64,000 nt of DNA. Origin: a virus. Lineage: Duplodnaviria; Caudoviricetes. Below, in pieces: positions 61,580 through 64,000 of the stretch. The position numbers and the translations under genes are program-made. Where the stretch lies: the IMG/VR virus record IMGVR_UViG_3300025909_000005; one strand, written 5' to 3'. Position 1 is the stretch's first letter; each line of letters opens with the position of its first letter. The notes beneath the pieces were generated by a model, which did no database searches, was not told the DNA's origin, and worked only from the letters and a program-made list of their open reading frames with translations.

Positions 61580-62269
61580 ATGAACATCTTTCGGCTGGAC
61601 AACGACCCGCGTGTAGCTGCGCGAATGCACTGCGACAAGCACGTCGTCAAGATGATCCTGGAGTATGCGCAGCTCCTGAGCACCGCCCACCGTCTCCTCG
61701 ATGGTCGACGTGCTGAGGCGTTGAACATGCACCGAGTCAAGGGCCAGCGGTACAAGCAGGTCTTCTGGCTCTTCGATGGTGAGAACGTCATCACCGAGAA
61801 CCGCATCAAGGTTGTCGACGGTGTCGAGATGTCGAAGCATGTCTTCGTGATCGAGAACCCGCAGTGCTACAACATCGCGCACGCGAACCACCCCTCGAAC
61901 ATCTGGGCCCGCACCAGCTCCGAGAACTACTCATGGCTCTTCGCCCTGTGGCACGAGCTCATGATCGAATATCATCTCCGTTATGGCAAGATTCATGCAT
62001 GCCGCCGCTACATGAAAAAGCTCATCGAGCAGCCTGTAAATATCAGACCAGGAGCGGAGACTCCCCTCCCGTTGGCGATGCCGGACGAATACAAGGTCGA
62101 CGATGCCGTCACTTCTTACCAAAATTATTACGTGGGCAGCAAGGCGTCGTTCGCCAAATGGACGGCACGGAAGCCACCCGAGTGGTTCACAACAAGGATT
62201 CCCGAATATGACGAAGCCGATTTCTATCGAGCGCGCGAACTGGCTGAGCGAGCGTCTCAAGGTAGTTGA
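61580..62269 (+). CDS. Pyrimidine-dimer DNA glycosylase family protein (229 aa)
   Basis: MNIFRLDNDP..AARMHCDKHVVKMILEYAQLLSTAH...HANHPSNIWAR...EYHLRYGKIH...PLAMPDEYK...YQNYY. Confidence 0.82.
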   Translation: MNIFRLDNDPRVAARMHCDKHVVKMILEYAQLLSTAHRLLDGRRAEALNMHRVKGQRYKQVFWLFDGENVITENRIKVVDGVEMSKHVFVIENPQCYNIAHANHPSNIWARTSSENYSWLFALWHELMIEYHLRYGKIHACRRYMKKLIEQPVNIRPGAETPLPLAMPDEYKVDDAVTSYQNYYVGSKASFAKWTARKPPEWFTTRIPEYDEADFYRARELAERASQGS

Positions 62270-62426
62270 GGAGTGCATCAAGATTGCACAATCGCAGATG
62301 TACCAAATGCAAGGTGGAGGCGTAGCTCGTGATGAGATGCAGCGCGCCCTCATGGAGTTCAACAGTGAGCGCGTCATGATCAGCATCGAGCTGCACGTGC
62401 TCAGCAGATTTGATGTGAAGGCATAA
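62208..62426 (+). CDS. Hypothetical helical protein (72 aa)
   Basis: ATG 62208; overlaps the end of the upstream gene and abuts the next start. Confidence 0.45.
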   Translation: MTKPISIERANWLSERLKVVEECIKIAQSQMYQMQGGGVARDEMQRALMEFNSERVMISIELHVLSRFDVKA

Positions 62427-63028
62427 TGGCAGCAGATCTATCTGAGATTCTGGTGGTGGACGTTGAGTCCACGTGCTGGAACGGCGACTATGACCTCTAT
62501 CCTGAGGAGCGGGAACTCAAGCCCGCTGAGATGGTGAACGAGGTGATTGAGATCGGCGTAGCCGCGCTCAACATCAAGACGCGAGGCGTCACGCAGCGGG
62601 CCAGCATCGTGATCAAGCCACAGTTCAGCAAGGTCTCTCGGTTCTGCACCGAGCTGACGGGCTGGACGCAGGAGCAGGTTGATGAAGAGGGCCTCACCAT
62701 CGAGCAGGCCCTCGACGAATTCGAGAAGATGTTCCAGCCGAAGGGCAAGGTCTGGTGCTCGTACGGTGAGTACGACCGCTGGATGCTGAGCTCGACGACC
62801 AGGCAGGGTCTGAAAATGTACGGCATCAAGCCCGAGTCGAACCCCTTCGACCAGATGCGTGGTCACTTCAACATCAAGACCCTCATGGCGCTGAAGCACA
62901 AGCTGAATCGCGAGATGGGGATGGCAAAGGCGCTGAACTACTACGGCCTCAAGCTTGAGGGTCGACACCACAATGGCGCAGACGACGCCTGGAACATCGC
63001 ACAAATTGCGAGCAAGGTGTTATCTTGA
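62426..63028 (+). CDS. DEDDh 3'-5' exonuclease (ERI-1/KapD-like) (200 aa)
   Basis: VVDVESTC (ExoI), EIIEIG-like EVIEIG, WCSYGEYD (ExoII) and HHNGADDAWN (ExoIII). Confidence 0.88.
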   Translation: MAADLSEILVVDVESTCWNGDYDLYPEERELKPAEMVNEVIEIGVAALNIKTRGVTQRASIVIKPQFSKVSRFCTELTGWTQEQVDEEGLTIEQALDEFEKMFQPKGKVWCSYGEYDRWMLSSTTRQGLKMYGIKPESNPFDQMRGHFNIKTLMALKHKLNREMGMAKALNYYGLKLEGRHHNGADDAWNIAQIASKVLS

Positions 63029-63046
63029 TCCTGTTTGTGGTATAAT
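63017..63046 (+). promoter_or_regulatory. Early-type promoter GTGTTA-N18-TATAAT (extended TG)
   Basis: 6 nt before ATG 63053. Confidence 0.6.
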
Positions 63047-63052
63047 GGATTC

Positions 63053-63283
63053 ATGCACCACACCATCACCTCCGTCGCCAGGACCCAACGTCTCGATGTC
63101 GAGAAGCTCGTTGAGTTCGCCAAGACCAACCGCAACGCGTTCGTCGACACGAGTGGCGAGCTGATCACCACGACGTTCTTCGTCGATGGCCTGATCAATG
63201 ACTTCCTCGCGGCCGGCAACGAACGCCTCGCCTGGGTTCGCGATCCGAAAGGTGGCCTGATCCAACCGGGACTCCTGAAATGA
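63053..63283 (+). CDS. Hypothetical early protein (76 aa)
   Basis: ATG 6 nt after TATAAT. Confidence 0.65.
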   Translation: MHHTITSVARTQRLDVEKLVEFAKTNRNAFVDTSGELITTTFFVDGLINDFLAAGNERLAWVRDPKGGLIQPGLLK

Positions 63284-63492
63284 GCAAGAACAAAGTCTAC
63301 AAGGGCTGCGAAGTGGCCCCGAACTCCAAGCTGTACGAGCTGATGGAGACCGCTGAGAAGACCAAGAAGGTCGAGGATCAGCGGGCAGTCATCGACCACT
63401 ACGACGCCGTGCACGCGAAGTTCATCGAGCAATGCGGACTGCCGAAGGGATACGTTTCCCGTCACTGGTCCATCGGACGGGCAGATGCGTGA
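63280..63492 (+). CDS. Hypothetical protein (70 aa)
   Basis: ATGA overlap. Confidence 0.65.
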   Translation: MSKNKVYKGCEVAPNSKLYELMETAEKTKKVEDQRAVIDHYDAVHAKFIEQCGLPKGYVSRHWSIGRADA

Positions 63493-63752
63493 TCATTTCG
63501 AAGGTTCACTACTGGTCGATTGAGTGCCTCACCTGGCTGTTCACTCGGATCTGGGGCCACCTCCTGATCCCAGTGCTGCTGGGTAGCATCTTTTGGCTGC
63601 TCACCGTCTATTGGATGGGCTGGGTGTTTGCACACTGGCTGGCCTGGGTAGGCGGCATGCTCGTTCTTGGGTGGCTGTTGACCATCTGGAACTGGGTCCT
63701 CTTCTACTGGGACCTCATGTACACCCCGAACGAGGATGATGAGATCGTCTGA
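63489..63752 (+). CDS. Trp-rich membrane protein (87 aa, GTG start)
   Basis: Two to three hydrophobic segments and an acidic tail; GTGA overlap. Confidence 0.65.
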   Translation: MIISKVHYWSIECLTWLFTRIWGHLLIPVLLGSIFWLLTVYWMGWVFAHWLAWVGGMLVLGWLLTIWNWVLFYWDLMYTPNEDDEIV

Positions 63753-64000
63753 TGCTGAACTACATCGCAACACCGACCATCGATGGCCGAGTCCATGCTG
63801 GCTACGCGAAGTCGCTGGCTTGTCTGAATGAGGGCCGGCTGACGGTCGACTTCGAGGTGGGCAACAGCCTGATCGCAGATGCACGGAACAAGCTCGTCGA
63901 GCGGTTCCTGCGGAGCCAGTACGACCAGCTCGTGTTCATCGACTCAGACATTTCATGGTACGGTGTCGACTTCGCACGCCTGACCCAGCAGCGAGAGGAC
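63752..64000 (+). CDS. GT-A fold glycosyltransferase; partial, runs off the window end
   Basis: My translation is MLNYIATPTIDG...SLIADARNKLVERFL...QLVFIDSDISW (DxD motif). Confidence 0.75.
   Translation, partial: MLNYIATPTIDGRVHAGYAKSLACLNEGRLTVDFEVGNSLIADARNKLVERFLRSQYDQLVFIDSDISWYGVDFARLTQQRED

Noticed and set aside
1-64000. Stop-codon reassignment, introns or inteins as in some jumbo phages
   Set aside because: Large conserved genes (gp6, gp20, gp23, gp46, 2847-aa) are intact under the standard code with expected sizes. No intein or homing-nuclease motif was seen.

Overview
This is a 64-kb segment of a large T4-like (jumbo-type) myophage genome with a GC-rich codon bias. It is densely coding with many ATGA-type overlaps. 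I found no tRNA, rRNA, CRISPR array or integrase. Layout: (1) 1-27.9 kb, minus strand, is a tail/baseplate module with Ig/PKD-decorated structural proteins, 1323-aa and 2847-aa wedge-like proteins, gp6, gp25, gp5, hub, gp53, a tube-fold protein and a cytidylyltransferase. (2) 28.0-38.9 kb, plus strand, holds late sigma factor gp55, gp47/gp46, a Holliday-junction-resolvase-like nuclease, many small proteins and a compact family-A-polymerase-like protein. (3) 39.6-50.3 kb holds gp26/gp51-type hub chaperones, tape measure, portal gp20, protease gp21, core proteins, scaffold gp22 and major capsid gp23. (4) 50.4-64 kb is an early/accessory region with sigma70-like promoters, three lipoproteins, a PTP-like phosphatase, an NTP pyrophosphatase, a pyrimidine-dimer glycosylase, a DEDDh exonuclease and a glycosyltransferase. 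Gene names come from motif recognition only; no database search was run. Best leads: (a) a dispersed set of about 18 late genes sharing an N-terminal capsid-targeting/protease-cleavage-like leader. Several look like polyproteins in which the cleavage motif plus an 'LKDLAKD' motif recurs internally, and candidate cargoes include GNAT, ART-like and HTH domains. (b) A textbook -1 frameshift signal (T TTT TTC, 6-nt spacer, two-stem hairpin) joining the gp26/gp51-like hub genes. (c) A minimal PolA/T7-RNAP-superfamily polymerase. (d) A readable promoter code, with apparent leaderless early and late mRNAs and possible late-sigma autoregulation.
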